DNA of 63,524 bases, the filler included, from Malassezia furfur (lineage: Eukaryota): the NCBI GenBank assembly GCA_052055015.1. It is 29 parts of 29 records of this genome, joined end to end, with 100 filler letters (N's around TTAATTAATTAA, not from the genome) between each part and the next. Parts side by side here need not be neighbours in the genome. Positions count along the whole stretch, not along the records: positions 11,264 to 13,408 come from JBQJIT010000972.1; positions 13,509 to 15,651 come from JBQJIT010000973.1; positions 15,752 to 17,887 come from JBQJIT010000974.1; positions 17,988 to 20,120 come from JBQJIT010000975.1; positions 20,221 to 22,345 come from JBQJIT010000976.1; 24 more parts are not named here. One strand, 5' to 3'. Under the pieces are notes generated by a model. The model worked only from the letters and a program-made list of their open reading frames with translations. It was not told the origin of the DNA and made no database searches. Made by a program: the position numbers and the translations under genes. This document shows positions 11,264 through 22,445 of the stretch, piece after piece. Numbering within the stretch: position 1 is the stretch's first letter; each line of letters begins with the position of its first letter.

Positions 11264-12095
11264 GGAACGCCAGGCCACGGATCGCGTCCTTGTGCCCGGT
11301 GAGCGCCCGCACCCAGCGCAGCGGCGTGCCGGCCTCGCCGACGCGCCACACGCCGATGCGGCGGTCGCGCCCGCCAGAGACGAGGTGCGCGCCGTCGTCG
11401 CTCACGGCGAGCGCATACACCTCGGCGCTATGTCCCTCGTTCTCGCCGAGCGCCAGTGTGCCTTGGAATGCACTGCCCGGCCGCCGCTCGCGCTCGCGAC
11501 GGCGTGCCGCGCCGCTTGTGCGCGATGCAGCATGCACGTCGCCCGCATGCGCGGCACGGCGCGGCACGACGCACACCTGGCATCCGTCGCGAAGGCGCCA
11601 CTGCACGATGCGTCCCTGCTTGTCCGCCGAAAAGAGGTACGGGCTCCGAGCGCTCGTGCGCGCCACCGTGACCGCAAGGCGGTGCCCGTGCAGTGCCAGC
11701 ACCTCGTCGGCTGCCGGCGCACGCAGGCGCTGGGCGACAAACACATGGACACGCCCGCCGGCCTCCTGCACGTCCTTTTGCAGGCGCGCAGCGATGTTTT
11801 CGCGGTCGGCGGCCGCAGCATCCGCGCCGTCCACCACGTCCACGTCCTCCTCCTTGTCGCGCAGGCCCTCGAGGTAGAGCCGCGCGAGGCGCACCTTGGC
11901 TTCGGCGGGCGTCTCAGCGGCCGCGGCGCCGTCGTCGTCGCTCGCGTCGTCGAAGCGGTGCGTCAGGTCCATGTCGTCGAACGCGCCCATCGCGTCCTCT
12001 CCATCCGACTCGTCGTGTTCCTTGCGCGCGGGCGCCGCGCGCTTGCGCGTCTCTGCGCCGCGCTTGCGCTTCTTCTGGAAGAAGGGGTCCGACAT
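11264..12095 (-). CDS. RRP9: U3 snoRNP WD40 protein Rrp9/U3-55K (5' part)
   Basis: MSDPFF...ETPAEAKVRLARLYL...IAARLQKDV, followed by WD40 repeats (GHRLAVT; GHSAEVYALAVSDDG..LVSGGRDR; GHKDAI). Confidence 0.9.
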
Positions 12096-12202
12096 CGCCG
12101 ACGCCGCTCGCGAAGTCCGGGAGCGCTCGCGCCGTGCACAAAAAAATTCGCGTCACGTGGTAGTGGAGGTGCGTGGGGGCGTGTGTGGCTTCTTCGCAGC
12201 AC

Positions 12203-13408
12203 ATGCACGCGCCGCAGAGCGACGCGGCGGACGCGGACGCGGCGCGCGCCGCGCAGCTCCGCCACGATGCGCTCGTACAGAAGCAGCGCTTCGACTCGGT
12301 GCTGCGCTTTACGCAGACCGGCACCGCACGCCCGGGGCCCGCGCCGTTCGACATGGAGGTGCAGTTTGCACGCGACACCCTGCGCCGCACCTATGTGTCG
12401 CTGCTGTTTACGTGCCCGTGGACGCGCGAGGCACGCAATGCGGACGTCCTTGCGTGGAACCACACCACCTACGTCGTGATTGCTGCATTCCGCGAGCAGA
12501 TCGCGCGCCTCGAAAAGGACGCACAGCACGCGCCGTCGAAGCGCGGCGCGGCGCCCAAGAGCGAGCGCCGCAGCGCCAAGATGCACGAGTATGAGCGTGC
12601 GCGCCGCGACCTGCGCCGCTTCCTCGATACCGAGCTCGCGGCATGGGAGCGCCTCGCGGTGCAGCTCGTGCGCGTGTTTGGGCTGCGCGACGCACGCCCC
12701 GTGCTGCATCGCCTGCACCTGCGCGATACCGACACGGAGCGGCAGCGCGGCGCGAGCGGCACGCAAGAAGACGACGCGAGCGGTGTTCTGGGCCTTGCGC
12801 CGTACTCGGAGCCGTTGCGCGCCGAGCAGCACCACCAGCTGCTCGAGACGCTGCAGCGCATCCTGACGTTCTGCGGCGACCTCGTGCGCTACCGCGAGCA
12901 GTACACGGCGGCGCCCGCGGCACTTGCCGCGCGGCGCACGCAGCACGCAAAACCACGTGCCCCGGACTACACACGCGCGCTCACACTGTACCACGAGGCG
13001 CAGCTCCTCCTGCCCGACCACGGCAACCCTGCGAACCAGCTTGCGGTCGTTGCAACGTGCATGGGCGACACGCTCGGCGCCGCGTACCAGTACTACCGCG
13101 CGCTGTGTGTCGCCGTTCCGTTTGCGCACGCACGCACGAACCTCGACAAGCTGCTCGACAAGGCGCTGCAGGCGTGGGACGGCTCGGCGGTGCGTACCGA
13201 GGCGCTCCGCGCGTGGCGGCACGCGGCGCTGGTCGACACGGCCGCGGCGCGTGCGCCGCTGCCGATGATCGGCGTGCCGTGGGCGTCTGAGGCCGAGTGG
13301 CTCGACGCCGCGGTGCTGCTGCACGCGATGCTCGCGCAGCGCGTCGAGCTCGACTGTGCGGTGCTTATCAGCGACGCGCTTACGCGACACCTCTTGACCC
13401 TCGCCGAG
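12203..13408 (+). CDS. Est1/Ebs1/SMG5-7 family TPR-like protein (5' part)
   Basis: CGDLVRYREQY...ALTLYHEAQLLLPDHGNPANQLAVVA...AAYQYYRALCVAVPFAHARTNL is the EST1 14-3-3-like domain signature. Confidence 0.85.
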
Positions 13409-13508
13409 NNNNNNNNNNNNNNNNNNNNNNNNNNNNNNNNNNNNNNNNNNNNTTAATTAATTAANNNNNNNNNNNNNNNNNNNNNNNNNNNNNNNNNNNN
13501 NNNNNNNN

Positions 13509-14234
13509 GCTGCTCCCGGCCGCCGCCGGCGCAAACACGGGCAGCGGCGCACCGGTGCGGTCGAGTTGCGCGGCGGCGACGTGCGTCGGCTGCGACGGCC
13601 GGCGGTGGGCGTGGAAGAGGTTTTTGGTGTCGGGCGCGCTCGACACGCGGCGCAGCCAGCGCGCGAGGTCGCCGCGGTGCGTTGCGGTGCTGCGCTCGCC
13701 CATGCGCTCGTCGGGCGCGGCGGCGAGCGGTGCGTCGGCGGTCGGCGCCGCAAACGCTTGGTAGGCATCCGCGCTGCACTCGCCGAGCGTGTACTGCGAC
13801 GCGGCGGTCGGCAGCGCGCTCGGTACGGACGACAGCGAGGAGCTTGTGCTGGCACTCGGGGCCATGTACAGCACGCGGCGCGGCGGGCCCGTCGTGCGGG
13901 TCGGCGGCGGCGACGGCAGGCGCTGCGGCGGGATCGCGGGCGTCGAGCTTGCGGTGCTGTGCACGTCGGAGCGTGTCGTATCTTCGCCGATCGACCACGG
14001 CGACAGCGGGCGCTCGTGCGGGAGCGACAGCGTGCCGCTCTCGTTGCTGAGCGCCGGCGAGGTCGCCGCCTGGGCGCCGAGCGTCGGCGAGGTGACGCAG
14101 CTCGGCGGCGCGCTCTGCCCGAGGTTCATCATGCTGCTCTTGCGGCGCGGTCCGGAGCGGAGCTTCGGCAGCCAGCGGCCCTGGCGGCCCTGCTCCGGCG
14201 AACTGGGCGAGCTCGCCGCGGCGGCCATGCCCAT
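13509..14234 (-). CDS. Ser/Pro-rich N-terminus of a hypothetical protein (possibly an Fpk1/Nrc-2-type AGC kinase)
   Basis: Open frame divergent from ATG1. LRRVSSAP resembles a motif upstream of the kinase domain in fungal Fpk1-like kinases, but no kinase domain is visible. Confidence 0.4.
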
Positions 14235-14382
14235 CAGCGTGCGCGGTGTTTGTCGGGGCGCCCGGCGCGCGGGCGGCGCCGCACGTGACACGTGACTCGT
14301 ATCGCCGCTGGGGCGCGCAGGGGCCACGTCTGCTATCGGCCGCCGGTTCGTGGTGGGCCAGCGGGAGACGAGCACGAGCACC

Positions 14383-15651
14383 ATGGCTGCCAACGAGACG
14401 CCGCCGATGTGCGTCGGCGAGTATGTCGTGGACTATGAAATCGGCAAAGGGTCGTTTGCGCAGGTGTACCGCGCGCACCACCGCGTACGTCGCTCGGCGC
14501 ACCGCCGCCGCTCACACCAGGGTCCTTTTCGCGAGCTCGTCGCCGTCAAGTCGGTGACGCGCGCCAAGCTATCGCCCAAACTGCTGGAGAACCTGGAGGG
14601 CGAGATCTCCATCCTCAAGTCGATGCGCCACACCAACATCGTCGACCTGCGCGACTGCATCTACACGGACGACTACATCCACATGGTCATGGAGTACTGC
14701 CCGGGCGGCGACCTGTCGCAGTACATCCGCAAGCGCGGCGACATTGCGCCATGGAACGGCGACGCACTCAGTAACCCGCTCGCGGCCGCACAGCGCGCCA
14801 AGTTCCCGCACCCCGAGGACGGCGGCCTGAACGACGCCATGGTGCGCTCTTTCCTGGCCCAGCTCGCGAGTGCGCTGCGCTTCCTGCGCAGCCGCGACAT
14901 TGTGCACCGCGACATTAAGCCGCAAAACTTGCTGCTGCGCGTGCCCGACGACGAGTGCCTCGAGAGCGGCCACCCGCGCGAAATCCCGCAGATCAAGGTG
15001 GCCGACTTTGGCTTTGCGCGCTCGCTGCCCGCCGCGTCGCTCGCCAAGACCCTGTGTGGCTCGCCGCTGTACATGGCGCCCGAGATTTTGCGCTACGAAA
15101 AGTACGACGCCAAGGCCGACCTGTGGTCGGTCGGCGCAGTGCTGTACGAAATGTCGGTCGGCAAGCCGCCGTTCCGCGCGACGAACCACGTCGAGCTGCT
15201 GCGCCGCATCGAGCACAGCAACGACCGCATCAAGTTCCCCGACGAGCGCTCCTCGGACTCGCTCGCGCGCGACGCCACACGCCGCCGCATGAACGGCGAA
15301 GCGCCGCGCGCCCCGCCGCACCCCGTCGCGGCCGACATCAAGGCACTCATCCGCAAGCTGCTCAAGCGGCATCCGGTGGAGCGCGTGAGCTTCGACGAGT
15401 TCTTCCACGACGACATCATCACCTCGGTCCCGTACGTCGGCCGCGCGATCATCAAGGACGACCTCGCGGCGTCGATGCTCAGCGACCACACGCACCGCAG
15501 CACGTCGCCGGACCCGCCGAGCGTCCCAACGTCGCCGCCCGCGGCGCTGCGCACGCACCACGCCTCGACGACGCACGACGACGACACCGAGATGGACGAG
15601 GACGCGCCGCTGCCGCACGCGACGCGGCCGGCGCCCGCGCCCCCGACGCAC
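14383..15651 (+). CDS. ATG1: Autophagy Ser/Thr kinase Atg1 (5' part); in-frame intron 14485-14520 (36 nt)
   Basis: [42 protein letters not shown] and [29 protein letters not shown]. Confidence 0.95.
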
Positions 15652-15751
15652 NNNNNNNNNNNNNNNNNNNNNNNNNNNNNNNNNNNNNNNNNNNNTTAAT
15701 TAATTAANNNNNNNNNNNNNNNNNNNNNNNNNNNNNNNNNNNNNNNNNNNN

Positions 15752-17147
15752 CCGCGAGGCCCTCCTCCAGCACCCACTGGTGCTCGCCGTCCTGCACGAG
15801 GTGCAGCGCGCCGGACGACGTGACGAGCGCCGCGCGCACCACCAGCTGGTACGGCGACTGGCGGCTCACCTCGAACGGCGCGGCGCGCACGTTGCCGTGC
15901 AGGTCGTGGTCGTACTGGAACGACATGCCCGTCACCTGCCCGCGCTCCTGCCCGGTCCACGCGTCCGCCCAGAACACGTGCTGGTTGAGCAGCTGCTGCG
16001 AGCGCGTAAAGTACACGCGCAGGATGTACGCGTGCCCGCTGCGGTCCAGCACGCCCTCGTACACGGCGTCCGGCGCGGTCTCCTCAAACTCCCACGCAGA
16101 GTGCAGCCGGCCGTCCTCGTCGACGCGCAGCACCTCGCCGGCGCCGTCGCTGCGCACGCCCACAAAGTAGCCGCGGTCGCCGAGGCCCACGTCGTGCACC
16201 GCCGCAAACGTGTGCCCGCCGCGCGCACGCACGCGCTGCGCCGTCTTGCGCGGCACCGGCGCGTCGACGCGCACCGCATGCACCGCGCCGTCCGTGCCGA
16301 CCCATGCCACGTGGGGGCCGCCGCTCGGCCGCGCGTGCAGCCCGGGGGGGAAGTGCGTGCGCGGCGCCCAGGGCAGCAGCAGCAGGCCCTGCTTGCCGTG
16401 CGCGAGCTCGCCGTCGAGGTCGTGCGTCGCCTCCAGCGCGCCGAGCGCCGACAGCACATAGACGCGCGGGCGCCAGCGCTTGCCGGGCACGGCGGCGACG
16501 ACGTAGACGTGCGACGGCGTGACGATCGTCGACGCGACGTGCACCGCGTCGTCGTCCGGCGCAAAGTGCCACGCGACGTGCCCCGCGCGCAGGCGGCGCA
16601 CGTCGCGCGCATTGGTCACTACGACGAGGTCCTGGGCGTCGCCGGCCGCATGCACGCCCGGCGTGTCGAGCGCGCGCGACGCGTTGTGCACGCGCGTCTC
16701 CCAGAGCAGTTCGCCCGTCTTGCCGAGCACCGCGCGGACGACCTCGCCGCCGTCGCCGCTGAACGTGACGATCGCTGGGTGAGCATCACTACACGTACCG
16801 TCGCCCATCGAGTACAGGCCGTAGATGCCCGCCTTGTCGTAGCGGCGCCACACGAGCCCGCCGTCGCGCGGGTTCACCGCGCCGTACGTCTGGCTGTCGG
16901 TCGCGACGACGATCGCCGTCGAGGTCTTGGTGTTCACGTCCTGGTCGGCGCGCAGGAAGCGCTGGAAGCGCGGTGCCACGTAGCGCTGTGCGCCCGCGTT
17001 CGTCTGCGGCACACCGAGGTGCACCGCATAGTGCCCCACGATCTGCGGCGCCGGCTTCTTCGGGGAAAGCAGGTGCAGGAATCCGTGCACGCCCAGCGCG
17101 TGCACCGCCAGCACACACACCGCGAGCCACGCCGCCCACGGTCGCAT
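15752..17147 (-). CDS. EMC1: ER membrane complex subunit 1 (5' part); in-frame intron 16775-16798 (24 nt)
   Basis: Signal peptide MRPWAAWLAVCVLAVHALG, PQQ-like propeller repeats (AVNPRDGGLVWRR; KTGELLWE) and LVQDGEHQWVLEEGLA. Confidence 0.75.
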
Positions 17148-17207
17148 CCTTGGAAGACCAAAGAAGACCACGTGGCCGCGTGGAGGCGCGCGGGCCCCCG
17201 AGCCACC

Positions 17208-17887
17208 ATGTCGCTGCAGGTGAACCTCGCCGCGCCGGCGATCCGCGATGCGTACGAAAAGGTGCTCGACGGCGCCCTCGACTACGCCGTGCTCTCGTAC
17301 AAGAAACTGTCCAACGACCTCGACGTCGCCGCCTCGGGCAAGGGCTCCCTCGACGACGTCGCCGACGAACTCTCCGACGGCAAGATGCAGTACGCCTTTG
17401 TGCGCGTCACCGACCCCAACACACGCCTGCCCAAGTTCGTCCTGATCAACTGGTGCGGCGACGGCGTGCCCGAGTCGAAAAAGGGTCTCTTCCCCTCGCA
17501 CGCCGCCGCCGTCGCCGACTACTTCAAGGCCTACCACGTCAGCATCCAGGCCCGCGACGACGCCGACCTCGCTCCCGCCGCCATCATGCGCAAGGTCACC
17601 GACAGCAGCGGCAGCAAGTACGGCTCCGCCAGCTCCGTCGCCAGCGGCAAGATCGAGCCGGTCGGCACCAACTACCGCCCCGTCGGCACCCCGGACATTC
17701 GCGGCATGCAGGCCAAGGCGCCCCGCGACCCGATCGCGCCCACGGGCACCACGTACACGCCCGCTCGCGAGGAAATCAAGCAGCTCCGCGAGGGCACCCT
17801 CGGGAAGCACGCCGCGCCTGCACCGCCGCCCGCGCCCAGGCCCACCGCCGCTCCCAAGGCGCCGCAGCCCGCGCCGGCGCCCCCGAC
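17208..17887 (+). CDS. ABP1: Actin-binding protein Abp1/drebrin-like, ADF-H domain (5' part)
   Basis: GKGSLDD..DELSDGKMQYAFVRVTDPNTRLPKFVLINWCGDGVP. Confidence 0.88.
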
Positions 17888-17987
17888 NNNNNNNNNNNNN
17901 NNNNNNNNNNNNNNNNNNNNNNNNNNNNNNNTTAATTAATTAANNNNNNNNNNNNNNNNNNNNNNNNNNNNNNNNNNNNNNNNNNNN

Positions 17988-20120
17988 CGGGTACGTCGTG
18001 CGCACCGCGAGGTGCACCGCACCTGGCGCGGCCCATCTCGCGGGCGAGCGCGTGGGCCACGTCGGCGTACGTGGACCGTGCGCCGAGCACCGTGTCGAAG
18101 CCGACGTAGCCGACCCACTCGACGGCGGCGCGCGTCACCACCACGCACTCGCCCGGGACGAGGCGCAGGCGCGAGACGACCATCGGGTACGTCGTGCGCA
18201 CCGCGAGGTGCACCGCGTCGCACACGACGGCCGTGCGCAGGCGGTGCGGCCGCAGCGCGCGCGCATACGCATGCAGCTTGGCCGCCGCGACGACGGCGCC
18301 TTCGAGCAGGTTGGCGTACACGTCGCGCGGCGTGTTGAGCTGCGCGCTCGTAAAGAGCACATGCGTGCGTGCGCGCACGGCGTGGAGCAGGCGGTGCGCG
18401 AGTGCCGCGCCGCGCCGCGTCGGCGGCACCGTCAGCGTGTCGCCAAAGTGGAACGGATAGCGCGCGACGTCCGCGCGCACCGCCAGCGTTCGAGGGCAGA
18501 TCGTGTAGCCGCACCACGGCACGGGCGCCGCGGCGTCGATGCGCGGCACGAGCGCCGCGCCCACGGCCACGTCAAAGTTGACCAGCGTCTTTTCCGGGGC
18601 AATGGCGCACCCGTGCCGCGGCAGGTCGGTGTGGAGCGCGCGGCAAAAGCGCGCGGCGTCCGTGCGCGAGGGGGTCAGGAAGAGAAAGTCGTCCGTGTAG
18701 CGCATCAGGCACCCCTCGCGGCTCGTGAGCTGCGCGGCGCGCTCGACGTCGGCGAGCAGCAGATTGCACAGCACGGTCGACAGCACCGAGCCTTGCGGCA
18801 CACCGACGCGCTGCCGGTACAGGTCGCGCCCAAAGCGCACGACGCTCTGCGTGATGTGCCGCTCGACCTGCGCCAGCACCTGCGCGGCGTCCGTCAGGGC
18901 GTACGCGACGTGGTCGACGACGACGGCGTGCCGCGCGCTCGGCTGTACCGCGAGGAAGCGGGGGTACGCCGCATCGTCCACCGCGCGGCGCACCGTGTGC
19001 CGCGCGAGGCGCCCGAGCGCCGGCTTGAGCTGCGTGTAGCGCTGCACGACGTACGCCGCGCCGCCCGCAAGCAGCGCACGCACGAGGTGCAGCAGGCGCG
19101 CGTGGTCGAGCGAGTCGAACGCCGCGCGTACGTCCGCACGCACCGCGTACAGCATCGGCACGCGGCCGTACGTAGCGACGAGCGCCGCTTTGTACGCGCC
19201 GAGGCGCGCGTGGATGGCATTCGCGCCGTGCACCGCCGCACCGTACGCGCCCGGCCGGCGCGCGGCCTCGAGCGCCAGCACGTCAAACGCGGTCTGGAGC
19301 CGCGCATTCACCGAGCCGCCGAGCGTGTGCCGACGCAGGTTGACGATCGGGCGGATGGACGTGTCCTTCGGCACGAGGCGCACCTGCGCCACGGGCACGG
19401 CGTGCCCCGCGTCGCGCTCGCGCACAAACAGCCGGCTGCGTAGGCGCGCGAGCAGCGGCGCACTGACGCGCGCCCACAGGTCCTGCCGGAAGTAGAGCAC
19501 GCGCTGCCGAAACGCCGCCGTCTCGGTGGCATAGAACGTCGTGCGCACCAGCGGCAAGACCAGGTGCTCGAGCAGCCAGTACACGACGGCGTGCACGAGC
19601 GCCGTCGCGCGCGCATGGGCCGCGGCCGAGCGCGCGCGCCCCGCGCCGAGCCACGCACAGTGCGACACGCGGAACGACGCGAGTGCGTCGTGCAGCGTGA
19701 CGCGCTCGTGCCGGCGCGCGCACACGAGGCGTGCGGCCGCCGCACACAGCGTGCGCCGGTTCGCGTGCGAGCCGACGAGCGCGAGCGGCACGACGCGGCG
19801 CACCACCGTGCGCACGTAGAAGCACACGCGGCTGTGCGGCGTCGCGTACCGGTAAAACTGCGGCTCGCCCCGGCTGCGTGCGCGCGCGAGCTGCTGCAGC
19901 CCGCGCATCTGCGCACTGTCGTGCGCTGCAGGTGCCTGCGTACTCGCCGGCACGGGCGGATCGGCGCGCGCCGGCAGCGGCGCGTCGTCGAGCGCGTCGA
20001 GGTCCGCCGGGCGCAGCCGCGGGAGCGCCGTGGGGCAGCACGCGTTGAGCGCCGCCGCGTAGTGGAAGCGGTCGTGCCGGCGCACCATGGCCGCGAGCGC
20101 CGCACGCACGCGGCGCAGGC
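17988..20120 (-). CDS. TERT: Telomerase reverse transcriptase (TRBD + RT + CTE; both ends truncated)
   Basis: CP-like LNACCP, QFP-like TPHSRVCFYVR..VP..L.GS..N, T motif TTFYATE...LYFRQDLW, motif 1/2 VRLVPK..SIRPIVN, motif A RADVRAAFDSL, motif B' GVPQGSVLSTVLC, motif C RYTDDFLFLT and motif E PWCG. Confidence 0.95.
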
Positions 20121-20220
20121 NNNNNNNNNNNNNNNNNNNNNNNNNNNNNNNNNNNNNNNNNNNNTTAATTAATTAANNNNNNNNNNNNNNNNNNNNNNNN
20201 NNNNNNNNNNNNNNNNNNNN

Positions 20221-22152
20221 CCGCGCGACTGGCGCCCGCCGCCGTACGACGACTGGGCGCCGCCGCTCGCGGAGCTGAGCCGCAAGGCGCCGCCGCTGCC
20301 GCGCGTGCAGTTTGCATTTGTGGACGCGCGGAAGCACTCGGGGCGCGCGCGCGACCCCGCGCGCGATGCGCTCGTCGCCGAGCGCCAGGCGCTCGTGCGC
20401 AGTGCGTTTGTGCGCGCGTGGCAGGGGTACAAGCAGCACGCGTGGGGCGCCGACGAGCTGCGGCCCGTGTCGATGAAGCCGAACAACAACTTTAATGGCT
20501 GGGGCGCGACGATCGTCGACGCGCTCGACACGCTGCTGGTCATGGGCCTGCACGAGGAGTACGACCTCGCGCGCAACCACGTGCGCGACATCGACTTCCA
20601 CTACGTCGGCGGCGAGCGCAGTGCGTACGGGCAGCACGACGGGCGCGTGCCGGTGTTTGAGACGGGCATCCGCTACCTTGGCGGCTTCCTCGCCGCGTAC
20701 GACCTGTCGGGCGACGCGCTGATGCTCGACCGCGCCGAGGAGCTCGCGCAGCTGATCCTGCCCGCGTTTGACACGCTCACGGGCCTGCCGGTCGGGCGCA
20801 TGCGCTTCGACGAGCCGAGCAACTTTACGGACCCGCGCGGGCGCCACGAGAGCGTCGTGCTCGCCGAGGCTACCAGCATGCTGCTCGAGTTCACGCGGCT
20901 CTGGCAGGTCACGGGCAACCGCACCTACTTTGACCGCGTGCAGCGCGTGACCGACTTTGTGGACCGCAACCTCACGGACAAGAGCGAGCTGGGCACGCTG
21001 ATGACCACGCGCATCTACCCCGAGTCGTACGCGCTCGCCGGCAAGTACACGTTCGGCGGGCAGGCCGACTCGTACTACGAGTACCTCGTCAAGCAGCACC
21101 AGCTCCTCGGCGGGCGCCTGCCGCAGTACGCGCGCATGTACGGCGCGGCGATCGACGACGCGCTCCAGCACCTCATCAAGGACGTGCACGTCGTGCCCCA
21201 CGCGCCCGCGCTCGCCGTGTTCACCGAAACGTACGGGCCCAAGTCGCGCTACGAGCCCAAGCTCGAGCACCTCGGGTGCTTTGCGGGCGGCATGCTCGGC
21301 CTCGGCGCGCGCCTCTTGCCGGGACGCGCGCGCGACCTCAACGTCGCGCGCCGCATCACCGAGACGTGCTGGTGGGCGTACAACGCGACGCGCACGGGCC
21401 TCGGCGCCGAGGACACCGTGTTCTACCGCCCACACGACACCGACCGCTTCGCGCTCGTCGACGGGCCGAACGGCACGCGCGTGCACGGCGACCCGGCGGG
21501 GCACCCGCAGGTGGGCGTGCGCGGCTCGACGTCCGCCTACTACAACCGGCCCGAGACGATCGAAAGCGTGTGGTACATGTACCGCCTCACGGGCGACCCC
21601 GTGTGGCAGGAGCGCGGCTGGCAGATGTTTGCCGCTTGGGTCACGCACGCGCTCGTCCCGAGCGGCGTGTCGGCGATCGGCAACGTGCACCGCGTCCCGA
21701 CCACGTTCCTCGACAGCATGGAGAGCTTCACGCTAGCCGAGACGTTCAAGTACTACTACCTGCTCTTTTCCCCGCCCGAGCTCCTGTCGCTCGACGAGTT
21801 TGTGCTCACCACCGAGGCGCACCCGCTGCGTGCGCCGCGCGGCGGGCGCTTTGCGCGCGCCACCGGCACGCCGCCGGGCATGCGCGCGTGGTCGCCGCCG
21901 CACGCGTGCGCGCACGACGCCTACTGCGGCGGCGAGACGCACCAGCCCCACGGCGCGCTCACCAACGCACAGCGCCACGACCTCCACGAGCGCTGGCAGC
22001 ACCGCAACGAGTCCACCGGGCTCCCGGCCGCCGTCCAGCAAAAGATCCACGAGATGATCAACAAGCAGCGCGAAAAGGTCGAGAAGCAGCTCGCCGAGCA
22101 GCCGCTACCGGGCGCGGGCGCGGGCGCGCCGGAGCCGCATGGCGTCGCGTAG
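20221..22152 (+). CDS. GH47 class I alpha-1,2-mannosidase (Mns1-like; 5' truncated)
   Basis: AWGADELRPVS, GWGATIVDALDTL, FETGIRYLGG, DSYYEYLVK, EHLGCFAGGM, RPETIES, MESFTLAETFKYYYLLF and TEAHPL. Confidence 0.95.
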   Translation, partial: PRDWRPPPYDDWAPPLAELSRKAPPLPRVQFAFVDARKHSGRARDPARDALVAERQALVRSAFVRAWQGYKQHAWGADELRPVSMKPNNNFNGWGATIVDALDTLLVMGLHEEYDLARNHVRDIDFHYVGGERSAYGQHDGRVPVFETGIRYLGGFLAAYDLSGDALMLDRAEELAQLILPAFDTLTGLPVGRMRFDEPSNFTDPRGRHESVVLAEATSMLLEFTRLWQVTGNRTYFDRVQRVTDFVDRNLTDKSELGTLMTTRIYPESYALAGKYTFGGQADSYYEYLVKQHQLLGGRLPQYARMYGAAIDDALQHLIKDVHVVPHAPALAVFTETYGPKSRYEPKLEHLGCFAGGMLGLGARLLPGRARDLNVARRITETCWWAYNATRTGLGAEDTVFYRPHDTDRFALVDGPNGTRVHGDPAGHPQVGVRGSTSAYYNRPETIESVWYMYRLTGDPVWQERGWQMFAAWVTHALVPSGVSAIGNVHRVPTTFLDSMESFTLAETFKYYYLLFSPPELLSLDEFVLTTEAHPLRAPRGGRFARATGTPPGMRAWSPPHACAHDAYCGGETHQPHGALTNAQRHDLHERWQHRNESTGLPAAVQQKIHEMINKQREKVEKQLAEQPLPGAGAGAPEPHGVA

Positions 22153-22445
22153 AAAGACACACGTAGTTTGTGCGTGGATATGTACATCGCCTACGTATGC
22201 AGCACGGCATGCGCCGCCTCGAGGATCGCCTGCCGCAGCTCCTCGCCCGACTTGTCCACGTCGGCGAGCGGTGCCGGCGCGGGCGCCGATGAGCAAGCCG
22301 GCGCCTGTCAAGGCCGTGCTGCCTGCGACGGCGCTCAAGAAGAGCNNNNNNNNNNNNNNNNNNNNNNNNNNNNNNNNNNNNNNNNNNNNTTAATTAATTA
22401 ANNNNNNNNNNNNNNNNNNNNNNNNNNNNNNNNNNNNNNNNNNNN

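Noticed and set aside
17988..20120. RT as a retron, group II intron, DGR or retrotransposon
   Set aside because: The T motif, CP/QFP region and CTE identify telomerase. No LTR, endonuclease, integrase or flanking ncRNA is visible.
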